Origin: Antedon mediterranea
Taxonomy: Eukaryota > Animalia > Echinodermata
Assembly: GCF_964355755.1 (NCBI RefSeq)
Contig: NC_092676.1
Span: 1,307,788-1,371,787 of the forward strand
Direction of reading: 5' to 3'
Length of the DNA: 64,000 nucleotides
A program made the position numbers and the translations under genes. The notes beneath the pieces were generated by a model that was given only the letters and a program-made list of their open reading frames with translations, did no database searches and was not told the DNA's origin. This document shows positions 1 through 12,234 of this stretch, one piece after another (the stretch's first letter is position 1; each line of letters starts with the position of its first letter).

Positions 1-263
1 AGAGTTTAAGCCTGTGTATATCGTTTACTATCAAAACTGTCTTTTGGTAGTTTGCGTTCATGATCTAATGTTTGATCTGACAAGAACAATTAAACATTTA
101 GTTAGAAAGAAATCTGTCTGAGTAGTCTACTGTCTCGGAACTCAAAAGCTTCAAATATCTAATATAGACAGTTTTGAAATTATCAACAACTGAAAAAAAT
201 GTTCTGTAAGGTTTTACAAAAATTTGCCTTGTGTATGTAACATTGTGACACTCCTGTTTGTAG

Positions 264-3200
264 CCTCCAGAGCCATCAGATATGGGAATGGAGTCGGAGC
301 AAAGTGTGGAAGTTGGAGAGGTCAGGTCACCTAGAAGACGCAGTCACTCAAGGTATTGTATTCAACTAGTTTCATAAAAAAAATTATTTACAAATTTTAA
401 AACAGTAGGATCTCTTTTTTGGGATTATTAAATGGACACCTTTGTTAATAAGACTGGCAATCTAGCCCTTGGCCACACGTTGTAATGTTGCGTTACTTAT
501 TTAATAAAAGTATATAATAATAAATTAGATACTTTCACATGAAATGAATGTTTTGAAATTCTACAACCGATTCAGGAAAACCTCATATTAAAGAGACCAC
601 TTTGTTATGATCCACAGAACTTATAGTTGTATCAACAGCACAGTAATATTATTTTGAAATATCCTTACCTCTTACAGATCAAGGTCACGTTCTCCAAAAA
701 GACGAAGGTCCCGTTCAAGGTCACGCTCACGAAAGCGTAGACGATCAAGATCCCGTAGTCGGTCCAGGAGATCCAAGCGATCACGGTCAAGAGACAGACG
801 CGAGAGAAGAAGGGAAAGAGAAAAAGAAAAGGAGATACAACGAGAACGTGAAAAAAAAGGGCTGCCACCAATCAAAAAAGAGTATTTAAGTGGTGAGTAT
901 GATTTGAATACTGTGGTATTTCAATTTCTTAAAATACTTTGTAAAAACTTGTTGAATAATGATATATTTTGGCTTATATCATGAATTCTTCTACTTTTTT
1001 TCTTTTGTTACCTTGCTTGGTCATAATAAACATGGTTTTTTTTTAGTTTGTACAAGAACAGTATGGTTAGGTCATGTACCAAAAAATATCCCAGAGAGTG
1101 AAATTCGAAATCTGATGGAAGAACACGGAGTGGTCAATTCCATTGATGTAAGACTCCTAATTATCTTGACTTTATATATTAATAGAGTCCTTTGATACTG
1201 TTTTTTACAGACTATTGTTATTATATTTTATTTTATATATTCATTCTGATGTTCAATTGGATCAATCACGAATACAAACACAGAAAAATACAAAGCAACT
1301 TATTTTCACTGATCCCTAAATGAACAGAATTGTAGAAAAAACATAAAAAATAAAACAAATATGTTACCCCCTTGAGATCCACTCTGAATAGACTACAGAC
1401 TTGTGATCATTAATTGGTGACACATCTATAAATTAAGGCGTGTGTTTTTACTGTATTGTAATAATTATCTCATCTTTTTCAGATGGTGCCCCCTCGGGGA
1501 TGCGCTTATGTGGTGATGGCTGAGAGAAAGGAAGCTTACAAAGCTATTAAGAGGATGGAAAAGGTTAAACTTGGTGGAATGACGCTTAAGGTAACACACT
1601 TAAGCATGTATTTTTTATTCAAAATTTGCAGTTTTTAAAACAAAGCCACCTTTATTCACCACTAAAGCGTGGTTCCCACTAGCGACGCAATGCAAGGACG
1701 TAACGCAACGCAAGTGAATTAACCAATCACAAGCGATGGCTTATTCGCTTGTGATTGCTAACTGTCTATAACTTCGCTTGTCATTGGTTAAAACGCTTGC
1801 GTTGCGTTTACGTCCTTGCGTTACGTTTTAGTGGGAACCAAGCATTAAGGTTGCCTTTACTCAATGGATTAGTACTAGGAAAAATCTATCTATAAACAAA
1901 TTGAATCGACCTAACAATGTCAAATAACCTTTGTTTTCCAGGTGGCATTTGCACCAGGGAAAGGAGTGAAGGGCAAGGAATACAAAGAAAATTGGGTTGT
2001 GGAAAAGGGTGTTACATACATTCCGTGGGACAGAGTTCGAGATGGAATGGATCTTGATGAAATTGCTGAAGGTGCTGTACTTGATCATGAAACAATTCCA
2101 CCAGAACTAAAGAAAGGTTAGTTCACTTGCTTAGACACTTTTTTTTTTCCTCTCGCGCAATCATGTGTACAATTACATTACTGAATATCAGTTAACACAT
2201 TGGGCTGAACTGGAAAGTTTTAATAAAAAAAATAAATTCAATCGTCCTTTTTTGGAGAGTAGAATAGAATTATTTCTGTGTTCTTTTTATTGTATTTCAA
2301 TACATTAATATTTTCTTTTGTTTGTTTTTCTGCTCCTTAGACGTTCCTCCTCCAGAAATTAAACCAAAAATTGAAGAAGATACAAAAATGCAGACAGACA
2401 GTGTTCCTAAATTACCATCAATACCAGGCCTGTCAGTTCCAGGGCAACCAATACCTGGCCTGCCTACAGTGGCTTCAATACCCAATCTAGTAGCCAGTCT
2501 ACCACTCGCTGGAGTTCCTGCACCTGTGCCTCCTGTAGGTACTACAACTGCATCACACCCTCCTCCTCCTCATCCACCATCAGTAGACCAGCCACCAAAT
2601 TTCCCCCCTGGTGGATTCCATCGATTGCCAAATTTTAATCCAAGAATGCCACCTCCTGGCTTCCGATTTCCTGCTGGATTTGATATCAGTCGCCCTCCTC
2701 CACAGCTACCAATGAGAGCTCTTCTACCGGGTAACATTCCATTACCTGTTGGACAAGCACCTCCAAAACCAGGCATGGAACCGACATCTCAAGGTGAACC
2801 AGGAAAAGTTCTAGTAATTCCTGGATTTCAAGCTATGCCTCCTCAACACCCAGCAGGAATGGGCCAACCACAATTAATGCCCCACCCTGGACAACCAAGA
2901 ATAGGATTTGTACCTTTTCGTCTACCACCAAGAATGGCACAACCCGGAGGACCAGTTCCTGAAGGAATACCAACGTCTTTGCCGAGCCTTCTTGGTCATC
3001 CTCCGGGACAACCTAATCTTCCTTCTCAATCAGTTTCAAGAGATAAACCGTCAAGATTTTCTGACGAGCCACCAAAGTCTTTACCAAGTACCACAGATGC
3101 GAACCAAGTCCCTAAGGATGGTCCGTTTAAGATACCGTTACCGCCAAAGAATAATGCACTGAGCATGGTGGCAGCTCTGAATAAGATGATGGATGAAGAT

Positions 3201-5204
3201 GAAGAGGGTGAAGCTAAGTCAAAAGCTCAAAAAGAAAGTATGGATGGGAAAGAACTTCATGGTGCTAGACCACTGACCGCTAGAGAAGTAACTGGAATGG
3301 CTATCCGTTCGCAAAATCCTCCAAGTCTATTGAGTCAGCCAATGCAGCAAGTCCCTGGTGTTCGGTTTGGATTGCCTGGTGTTAGAATGTTGCATCCGAT
3401 GATAGCAGTTCGTGGTCAACCAATATTCCAACGTGGGATGCCTGCCGGAGGACTTCCCGTCAGAATGTCTGGGATGCCTGTACGTCTACAAGGTGTTCCC
3501 AGCACTCATGCGTCATTGCATGGTATTCCTCCAGGTGTCCAAATTCGTGGTCCTGTGCCTTTAATGCTGGCTCCAGAAATCAGACCAGGATTGCCCAATC
3601 CAGAGATGATGGCAGGAGGAATTGGAGACAGATCAAAGATGGGTGATGTTGATGATCGTATAAGTGACATTGATCAAAGAGAAGCTGAGGCACAACGCCT
3701 TCGACATAATCGTCCTGATGAAAGATGGAATAGTGATGGTGAAGGAGATAATTTTGGTAAAATTACACGAGGACCTCCAGGACAGGATAAAGATTGGAGG
3801 GGTGATAGAGATTGGCGTGGACCGCAACCAGAAATGCGAGGACCAAGAAGTTTGCTTGGTCCAGATATGAGAGGTCTTGGAAGTCCAAATATGAGGCGCC
3901 CTGGTGTGCCGGAAATGAGGGGTCCAGGTGGCCCAGAAATGAGAGGCCCAGGTGGACCAGAAATAAGAAGTCTTGTTGGTCCAGAAATGCGAAACCTGGG
4001 TGGTATGAGAGGTCCAGGTGGAGCAGAAATGAGAGGCCCAGGTGGACCAGAAATGAGAGGTCCAGGCGGGCCAGAAATGAGAGGTCCAGGTGGCCCAGAA
4101 ATGAGGGGTCCAGGTGGACCAGAAATGAGAGGCCCAGGTGGATCAGAAATGAGAGGTCCAGGCGGACCAGAAATGAGGGGTCCACGAGAAGGTGGTTGGC
4201 CACAAAGAGATGAGCCTCGCAGACCATGGCCAGAACGTGAAGATAGATTTGGAGAAGATCAACGGCGAGATTCAGATAGGCGGCATGACATGGAAAGAGA
4301 CTGGAGGGAACAGGATTGGAGAGACAGAAGTAGAGGCAATAGAGATAAGAGCAGAGATGACAGAGATCGTGGTAAAGACAGAGAGGATAGAGAACGTGGT
4401 AAAGATAGAGAACGTGAAAGAGACCGTGATAGAGAGAGAGAAAAAGACAGAGACCGTGATAGAGAGAGAGACCGTGACAGGTACAGTAGGGATCGTGGTC
4501 GAAGAGGACGAAGTCGTGAAGAAGATCGGGACAGAAATAAAGATAGAGACAGACCAAGAAGGAGTCGTTGGGGTCCCTCAGAAGAAGAATCTACTATTTC
4601 GCAATCTGCAGATCATTCTAAACCTGAAGCAAATAAACCAAAACAGAATCTTGGCGATGTGCCGGAATCTGTTGGTAAAATACCGTCACAGGCTGAAGCA
4701 GGAATTCCAGAACAGGAACGACTTAAACAGCCGCAGAGTTCTGATCTGTCGGAAACTGATGCAACTCTTCCATCGACAAAGGATGCAACAGAACCTAATT
4801 TACCTTCATCTGCCACACCAGTGGTTGAGCAGTCTCATTCAATACCTATTCAACCTGCCATTCCCGATAAACTAATAATTGAACAGAAATTACCTTCACA
4901 AGCAAATGTTCCTATTTCTATTCAAAGTCAACCAGAAGTAATGATGGAACCAAGTGTTCCGATGGACAATGAACCGGGTTTACCTGAACAACCCAAGGTT
5001 GTCATGCAGGAACCAGATCTACCGGTTTTAAACCCTAATATTTTAGAAAATGGAAACGATGCTGTTGAAAATTGTGAACCGCCAAACGCAGCTGATGCTT
5101 TACTTCCGCAAGATGGTGCTAAAATGGACAATGCAGGACAACCAGCTGTAGGTGAAGCACCTGAAGGTGGCAGTAATGAATCTAGTAACCAGCCATCGCA
5201 ATGA
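264..5204 (+). CDS. SCAF8: SR-related CTD-associated factor 4/8 ortholog (RBM16-like), 3' part; 5' exons with the CID domain lie upstream of the window
   Basis: GT-AG exons join in frame: 264-352, 678-892 (RS-rich, REREKKGLPPIKK), 1047-1147 (VCTRTVWLGHVP), 1483-1590 (MVPPRGCAYVVM), 1942-2116 (VAFAPGKGVKG..W..GVTYIPW), 2341-5204 (Pro-rich, RD/RE-rich tail, TGA). The RS region plus this RRM matches the SCAF4/SCAF8 signature from memory; the two vertebrate paralogs cannot be distinguished. Confidence 0.9.
1666..1845. mobile_element. Palindromic MITE in SCAF intron
   Basis: Ends GCGTGGTTCCCACTA ... TAGTGGGAACCAAGC, with further internal inverted arms (AAGGACGTAACGCAACGCAAG / CTTGCGTTGCGTTTACGTCCTT); TA/TAA flanks. 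Confidence 0.8.
3830..4185 (+). repeat. Coding 24-bp tandem repeat encoding (EMRGPGGP)n
   Basis: Unit approx. GAAATGAGAGGTCCAGGTGGACCA, roughly 14 variably degenerate copies in the last SCAF exon. Confidence 0.9.
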
Positions 5205-6082
5205 ACTATGAATTAATGATTACAAGAACTTTGATGAAATCTGTGCAAATTAAATTGTCTACCTATAGAGTGCAAATCAATGGAATATTAATTGCCTCAG
5301 TTGTTGACGGCAAGAAATGTTAAACCTGTTATAACGCATAAATTATTACTTATTCATATCAGTATGCCTTTCGCTATAATATTTAAGTCATATAATATAA
5401 GGACAATTTCATTTGTAATTAAGAATACAAGTCTTAATACTGTATTAGTTACAGTACTTAATTAATTAGTAATTAATTTTACCTATTTAATGTCAGGAAT
5501 AACCGTATCGGGGGTGATTCATTTTCTTGTTCTCAACAACTGAGTGCCTTGTGCTTTAAATATGTGTAATTATATAAATGATTTTTATGTGTGTAAAAAT
5601 AAATTTTTATTTTTTGTACATTTTGAGTAAATATGGCACTGTTGAGTTTATATTCATTGTAAACATCATACTGGCTTAGGTAAAAACAACACTGTTTAAT
5701 ATCAATGAATATTTTGAATTTAGATTGATTTACTTTGTGGCTATATTATCCTTTAGAAGCAGTGTAAGCACTTTTAAGCATTTAGTTGTATTGTACTGTA
5801 TATCTATTACAATGTTCTTATTGCTGTATGAAAACTGAATATCTGGTGTTAAACTATACTTGTCTTTGCCTAGGCCAGTTACTATGGGTTAGTCACTCTA
5901 TTTAAGTCATTGCATGCTGTTAACAAATGCCAGCCATACTTATCAACTGCTAAATTAGCGGAAGCTGTCACAGACATCAAGAATGGAAAAGATTAACAAG
6001 ATAATATTGTTTTCAAAATGACTTGTATTACGTCTCAAATGGAGACCAACGGGTTCTCAAATTGAGAACTGAAGAGGATGCT

Positions 6083-6281
6083 ATCGCAAATGGCGATCAT
6101 GTCACAATTTGATTCAAGATTCTGATCACAAATTGTGATCGTTAAACAGATGTAACTGATCGCAAATTGCGATAATTCAACATAAATGAGGATGCGGATC
6201 ACAAATCGTGATCATTAACAGATGTAACTGATCGCAAACTGCGATAGTCCAACACGGACGGATCCTATCGCAAATGGCGAT
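6083..6281. repeat. Array of six short palindromes ATCRC-AAANN-GYGAT spaced 33-42 bp apart
   Basis: Cores start at about 6083, 6125, 6159, 6198, 6231 and 6267, about 0.9 kb downstream of the SCAF stop codon. Confidence 0.75.
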
Positions 6282-6830
6282 GATCACAATGAGGTGAGGG
6301 TCTGTTGAGAGAAGACGACAAACTCAAGTTCTGTCCCAAATAGGGACATTTTTCTATTTGCAGTGTTAACTTTCACAGTCAAACTTGATTTACCAACACG
6401 TTGCAAGCTTATAATTATAGTTTTTTATGGGGTTGTTGCATTTTTAATAACTTATAGTTAACAAAATACAGACAGATGCTTGAAATTGTATTGTGGATTT
6501 TGTAATTGGGTAACAGAAGATTTGAAAACTAAATTTGGTATATATATTGTAGTAAAGTGTGGTAAATGAGGTTTGACTGTATGTTGTTCATTTTATCCAC
6601 ATAAAGGTCAAAAGTTACAGTTGTAAGAAAAGAAAACCTGTTGCTATTGGATAAACTGCAAGAAATGTAAATACAATGATTTAGGTTATATTAATAATTC
6701 GCAAAATCCAATGTTCTGTTTGATGACGCAAACTGTATTTCTTTTGCTACTTTTTTTATTTTGTTTGTGAAAGTATTGTAATAACTAAATGTAATTTTGA
6801 AAGCACTGCATGCCTACAAAAATTACTGTA

Positions 6831-6964
6831 AGTTCTGTCTACACTATCAAAGTAGTTTGACAAAAAAAGTGTGCCCAAATATGGTAGTGATGAGATTATC
6901 GTGTCCATATATGGGTACATCACACTTGTTTTGTCGCATTAACTTTAATAGTGTAGACAGAGCT
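6831..6964. mobile_element. PIF/Harbinger-like MITE family A copy
   Basis: TIR AGCTCTGTCTACACTATCAAACT ... AGTTTGATAGTGTAGACAGAGCT (degenerate here) with internal GCCCAAATATGGTAGTGATAT unit. At least 11 copies or fragments in the window; 3-bp TWA flanks are typical of PIF/Harbinger. Confidence 0.8.
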
Positions 6965-7728
6965 TTAGTCTAGTTTCCTTCCAATAACAATATTATACCT
7001 TTTGTTTTAAAAATACTGTTTAAATACTATGAAATTTGTGATTTTTGGGGATGGGAAGATACTGTTAGAATTTGTATAGATTTGCAAATGCCTGGATATG
7101 CAGATTAATTTTCTCTTTTCATAAATTTAAATGTTGATTATTAGAAGAAACACTGTATTAAAATACATTTTAGGGGATTTTTTTAATGTTAAGGTTTACA
7201 GGTAAATACAGTATGTTACAGGGCAAAGGTCACTGCAGTTGAGGCAGCAGGTAGGTGGTTTGGTGATGTATTAAACATTGTTAAAAAACATAATGTATTA
7301 AGCATTTCGAGTAGAACAGCCTGTGTAATTTTACCTTTGTCAGTTAAAAAAACATGTGTTTTTTGGTCACTTATGAGCTCCTCAAACTGCTTGGTAGAGA
7401 AACGGCAAGGAGCTATATCGCCCTAAAACTGGCCAATCAAATAAATCTCAAATGCTCACAAAGTCCTCTAATATTCAACACTAATATGTTAATTGTTTTA
7501 AAGAGCCCAGGATCACTAATAAAGGCATTGGTGGTTTGAAATTGCCACTACTTGTAATTATACATGTTTTGAGAAAGTTCCATATATAGAAATTGTATGC
7601 ATAATTTGCATTAGATTACACAAATTGTTTTAAATCAATAGAAAGTAATTTCATTAAATAGATGTATATACCATAATAGGCACTCTCTCTCTCTCTCTGT
7701 TCAATTCATTGAATTCTATTTTTTCCGC

Positions 7729-9137
7729 CGTATCCGGATATTCACCCCCCTGGACATTTACCCCCTGGACATTTACCCCCCGGACAACCACCCCCCGGAC
7801 AACCACCACCTGGACCACTACCCCCTTAGGACAACTACCCCTTTAGGACAACTACCCCCGGACAACTACCCCCCGGACAAATACCCCCGGACAACAACCC
7901 CCTTAGGACAATTACCCCCTAGGAACAATTACCCCCCGGACAATTACCACCCAGAAAACTATCCCTTTAGAACACCCTAACCACCCAGACCATTCAACAA
8001 CCTGACTCTGCAACTATTAATTAATAACTATATTTTAATTCGTTACTTTGACGAATTACTATTCTGTTCATTATTGTAAACAAAAGTAAAAGATTGAACA
8101 TAAATATAGCCTGGTGGTATAAACTGAAGATTGTCACACATGATCATAGGATAGTCGAACGTATTATATAGTACTCCATGTATTTACTGTAAAGACTGGG
8201 TTCGCTAATAATAATAATAATTTTTGCGTCAGGACAATGCTTCGATAACCACTGGTCTTAAAAGAATTAATTTTTGTCTCAAATTTGTCATATATGTATT
8301 TTTGTACACTTGAAGAATAATATCACTTTTGATATTTGACCTCAATGTTCACTCACCGAATAAACGTCGATCTTTAAATAAATTCCCCTCAAATAAACGG
8401 TGACCATGTCACTCCCATGAAACATCATATGGAATAATCGGCGTCTATTTCCATTAGATTATACCCCCTCCCATTGAATAAACAACTTTCTTCCAATAAA
8501 TGTCCACCTAAAACCACCTAAACAATAAACAGCCCAGGCCGTTTTTTCAATAAATACGGTACTTTAAATCTAGCACATCTAGGGTCTAGCGTGCTGTTAA
8601 ACAGAATAATCGGTTAAAAACGGGTGTTTCGAAACTAGAGACCCGAGACCAGAGACCCGAGACCCAATACGAAAAGGGAGACCTAAATATACGAAAAGGG
8701 AGACCCACGTACGAAAAGGGAGACCCCACTATACGAAAAGGGAGACCCTAATATACGAAAATGGAGACCTAAATATACGAAAAGGGAGACCCAAATATAC
8801 GAAAAGGGAGACCCAAATATAGGTCTCCCTTTTCGTATTGGGTCTCGTGTCAGGTCTCTGGTCTCGGGTCTCTAGTTTCGAAACACCCGTTAAAAACAGA
8901 TGATTTCATTTTTACAGAAACCGGTCCTATATATTTGTCTACTTTTGGATTGGAGGGGGGATAGTTGACCGGGGGGTAGTTTACCGGGGGATAGTTGTCC
9001 TAAGGGGGTAGTTGTCCTAAGGGGGTAGTTGTCCTAAGGGGGTAGTTGTCCTAAGGAGGTAGTTGTCCTAAGGGGGTAGTTGTCCGGGTGGTAAACATCC
9101 GGGGGGTAACTGTCTAGGGGGTAGGTGTCCTAGAACC
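7729..9137. mobile_element. Non-autonomous Mutator-like foldback element
   Basis: Perfect 9-bp TSD TTTTTCCGC (7720-7728 and 9138-9146). The left arm is tandem GGACAACTACCCC, the right arm tandem GGGGTAGTTGTCC. Confidence 0.85.
8622..8888. mobile_element. Nested Mutator-like MITE
   Basis: TIR GGGTGTTTCGAAACTAGAGACCCGAGACC and its reverse complement; perfect 9-bp TSD GTTAAAAAC (8613-8621 and 8889-8897); internal ~22-bp repeats ATACGAAAAGGGAGACC. Confidence 0.88.
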
Positions 9138-9761
9138 TTTTTCCGCACATATCTTCACCAAGTCTACTGGTAGGGAGAATTTTAGCTCCCTTCTGGTTTT
9201 GGTAACATACAAATATGGCAATAGGAAGCTTCATTTTGCAATGACCTGGGTATAAGTTTGGTCAGGTCAATCAATGTGTTGTCATTCTCATTGCCTGAAC
9301 CTAGAAACCGCCAAAAGGGACGAGGTGGATAGCAAGTACGTCCCAACTTCCCTGCATGCACACAATGAATTTAAATGTTCTAGGTAGGTTGTCGCCTATT
9401 GAAAGCTCACCATGTCATCAAGACACTGTCTGGTGCATTCGGTTAGATTGAATACAGCATCACATGTTTCACTGTTCTTATGTTGGAGGCCATGCATGTG
9501 ATGCAATTCGACACTGTATCAGACTTTATACTGGACAAATTGTAAATACAGAAATGGCTCTCCAGTATAAATGATCCTAACCTTAACACAAAAAAGTGGG
9601 CAAGTCGCGCAACAAATTTACATAAGAATCGTATTGGCAACTATTTTCAAAACAAAGTTTGATTATTTATTTATTTCAGATTTAAAGGTCACAAACTATT
9701 TCAATTAGAACCACGATATACACACATTATAGTAAACATTTATATTTGATATGAAGCAGAC

Positions 9762-11517
9762 TTAAACTTTGGTGATACCGATGACACCACAAGCAAGACG
9801 TCCACCTGCATTACCTGTGGTCAGGCTCTGCTCGTGACCTCCTTTACCGAGGTCATCGACATCTGCATGCACCTGTACGATAAAAGAGTAAATGGCATTA
9901 TAAATGTCAATATTTCAATAAAGCTTTGTCTACACTATCAAACTAAACTAAAAAAAGTGTGATGTGCCCAAATATAGTAGTGATATGACATCATCATGTC
10001 CATATATGGGCACATCACATATAGTTTGATACTGTGGATAGAGCTTAAAGCCCTTTGCTCACTGAACATGTGCTGGGACTAATGCTATTACCATGCTGGT
10101 ACATTTTTCTGTCAGAATAGGTCACGTTGCCAGCATCAGCTACACCTGCTGAAGACCTAGTAATATTACTATTACAATTATAATGATAGAATGTACGACA
10201 GTGAATGCTTACCACAACAGAACGACCAATGATTGAGTTGACCCCGGTCAGATTCAGCAGCTTATCGGTCAAGTCAATCTTTGCAATGCCACTATCATCA
10301 GCAACACAATTGCCAAGATCACCAACATGTCTGAAAGGGGAAAAAAAAATTATTTTTGTTTTACATTTAAATGTACAATTACAACCTTAGCTCTGACTAT
10401 CATATTTTTTTTAGATTTCAGTTGACATACCTAACTTCATCTTCAGGGGCTCCATGGGTCTTTTTGAATGGATTGAAGTGAGATCCAGCACTCGAACATC
10501 CTACAATGAAAATTATTTCTTTAATTCTGATATACATCATCAAAGTTTAAGTCAGTCTGGTTCAAACTTTAAGTCAGTCTTGTTGAAAGTTTGAATCAGT
10601 CTGACTCAAATTATGAGCCAGTCTGGTGCAAAGTTTGAGTCCGTCTGGTGCAAAGTTTGAGTCCGTCTGGTTCAAAGTTTGAGTCAGTCTTTTTCAAGTT
10701 TGAGTAAGTCTGGTTCGAAGTTTGAGTAAGTCTGGTTCAAAGTTTGAGTCGGTCTGGTTCAAAGTTTGAGTCAGTCTGGTTCAAAGTTTGAACAAGACCG
10801 ACTCAAAGTTTGAGTCAGTCTGGTTCAAACTTTGAGTCAATCTAGTCTGGTTCAAACTTTAAGTCAGACGAGTCAATCAAGTCTGGTTCAAACTTTGAGT
10901 CAGACTTACTCAAAGTTTGGTTCACACTTACCACTTGTGTAGTCACCAAATTCATGGATATGGAAGCCATGGTTACCAGCAGCCAATCCAGTCACCTCAC
11001 CTGTCACTTTAACTGGTCCATCAGCAGCCTAAGAAAAATACACATTCATAAAGAACCATTCTGCCATATACTGTATAAACATTTAATAATTTACCTTCCT
11101 TCAGCTTAATAAATAAATAGGCTTATATAGATACTAATTTAAATTTTAAAACTCATATTAACTTAAAAAATCAGTTTTTCAAATGGAAAACTCATACATT
11201 TTTATATAGCTTGACAATTTCTATTCCTATCCTATCCTAATTCATAAAAGGAGATAAAACCACTGTGCGCCCATCGACACACCCCCTAAACTGACACGCT
11301 TCAATGACTCTGCAGTTTTTCCTGGCGTAACCTCCCACAACAACATGCCTATTAAGCCTAGGCTAGTAGTAGTAGAGAGTAGGGCGTAAAGGCCTAGACA
11401 TTTTAAACAATTTTGCAAATTAGAAATATACAAGGTAAGCAAATGTACTTCTTGTGTGAAATTGATGACTCCTTTCACTTTTTCGCCTACAAGAATACAA
11501 ACAGCTTTGATAGTCAT
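9762..11517 (-). CDS. SOD1: Cytosolic Cu/Zn superoxide dismutase, 154 aa
   Basis: Five exons 11449-11517, 10932-11028, 10431-10500, 10213-10330, 9762-9872 (69/97/70/118/111 nt), the same layout as vertebrate SOD1. Motifs [58 protein letters not shown]; metal ligands and disulfide Cys present. Confidence 0.97.
9922..10045. mobile_element. MITE family A copy in SOD1 intron 4
   Basis: TAA-AGCTTTGTCTACACTATCAAACT ... AGTTTGATACTGTGGATAGAGCT-TAA (TSD TAA). Confidence 0.8.
10540..10925. repeat. 22-bp minisatellite filling SOD1 intron 2
   Basis: About 16-17 degenerate copies of TCAAAGTTTGAGTCAGTCTGGT. Confidence 0.88.
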
Positions 11518-12234
11518 TGTGTTATTTCACGTTTTTCAAGACACCTTTTCTATGCGAAACCTTCACGTGTAATGAAACAACTATTTTTTTAAGAGTCATG
11601 TTGCTGCAGACTGTCCGCCATGCGGTATGTCTACTAGAGGGAGTTTGTGTCCACCACCGGTACCTTGTCAAATTACCCGGCGATTCCATTTTACAGTGGA
11701 TAAGTATTTTATCTACAGTGTGGTAGACCGTCAGTTACTCGTATTGTTTTTACTTATACTGATATTTGTGTATATGTGTGTATTTTTTTGTTCTTTTTAA
11801 TTAATAAATGACTTTTTACAATTGTTTATTGAGATTGTTTACAACATTGATGAATTTGAAAATATTGGCAACAGAGGGCACATTATAAAAAAACAAACAA
11901 ATGTCGCCATCTCGTGATTTTCATTTCTATGGGCAGCTATTAGGGCCAAAGTTTGTTTTATATTATCTGTGTACAATTTATTACTTAATTTCTATTTATT
12001 TTATTTATTTATTTACAATACATTTTGCACTTGCACTAAAACATTTTAAAATAAAATTAATTAACTAACCGAATTGAATTATTTGATCATTTTTTATTTT
12101 TTTAAAATTTTTTCGGGAGTGTGCTGTTGCTGCTCACACACACACGTCGTCTTGATATATCTTTTGCCAATTATTCAAGAGGGCGCTTTTTTTATGAGAA
12201 AGAGAGAAAAGAAGATAAAAAGTTGAAATTCGCG
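11518..12234. promoter_or_regulatory. Probable bidirectional promoter between SOD1 and the STI1-domain gene
   Basis: Divergent ATGs about 0.72 kb apart; local CpG retention; CTCF-like AGAGGGCRC motifs near 11872 and 12178. Inferred from arrangement only. Confidence 0.55.

Noticed and set aside
3763-4875. Long overlapping ORFs 3763-4557 (-), 3812-4213 (+), 4192-4875 (+)
   Set aside because: Alternative-frame shadows of the repetitive SCAF exon.
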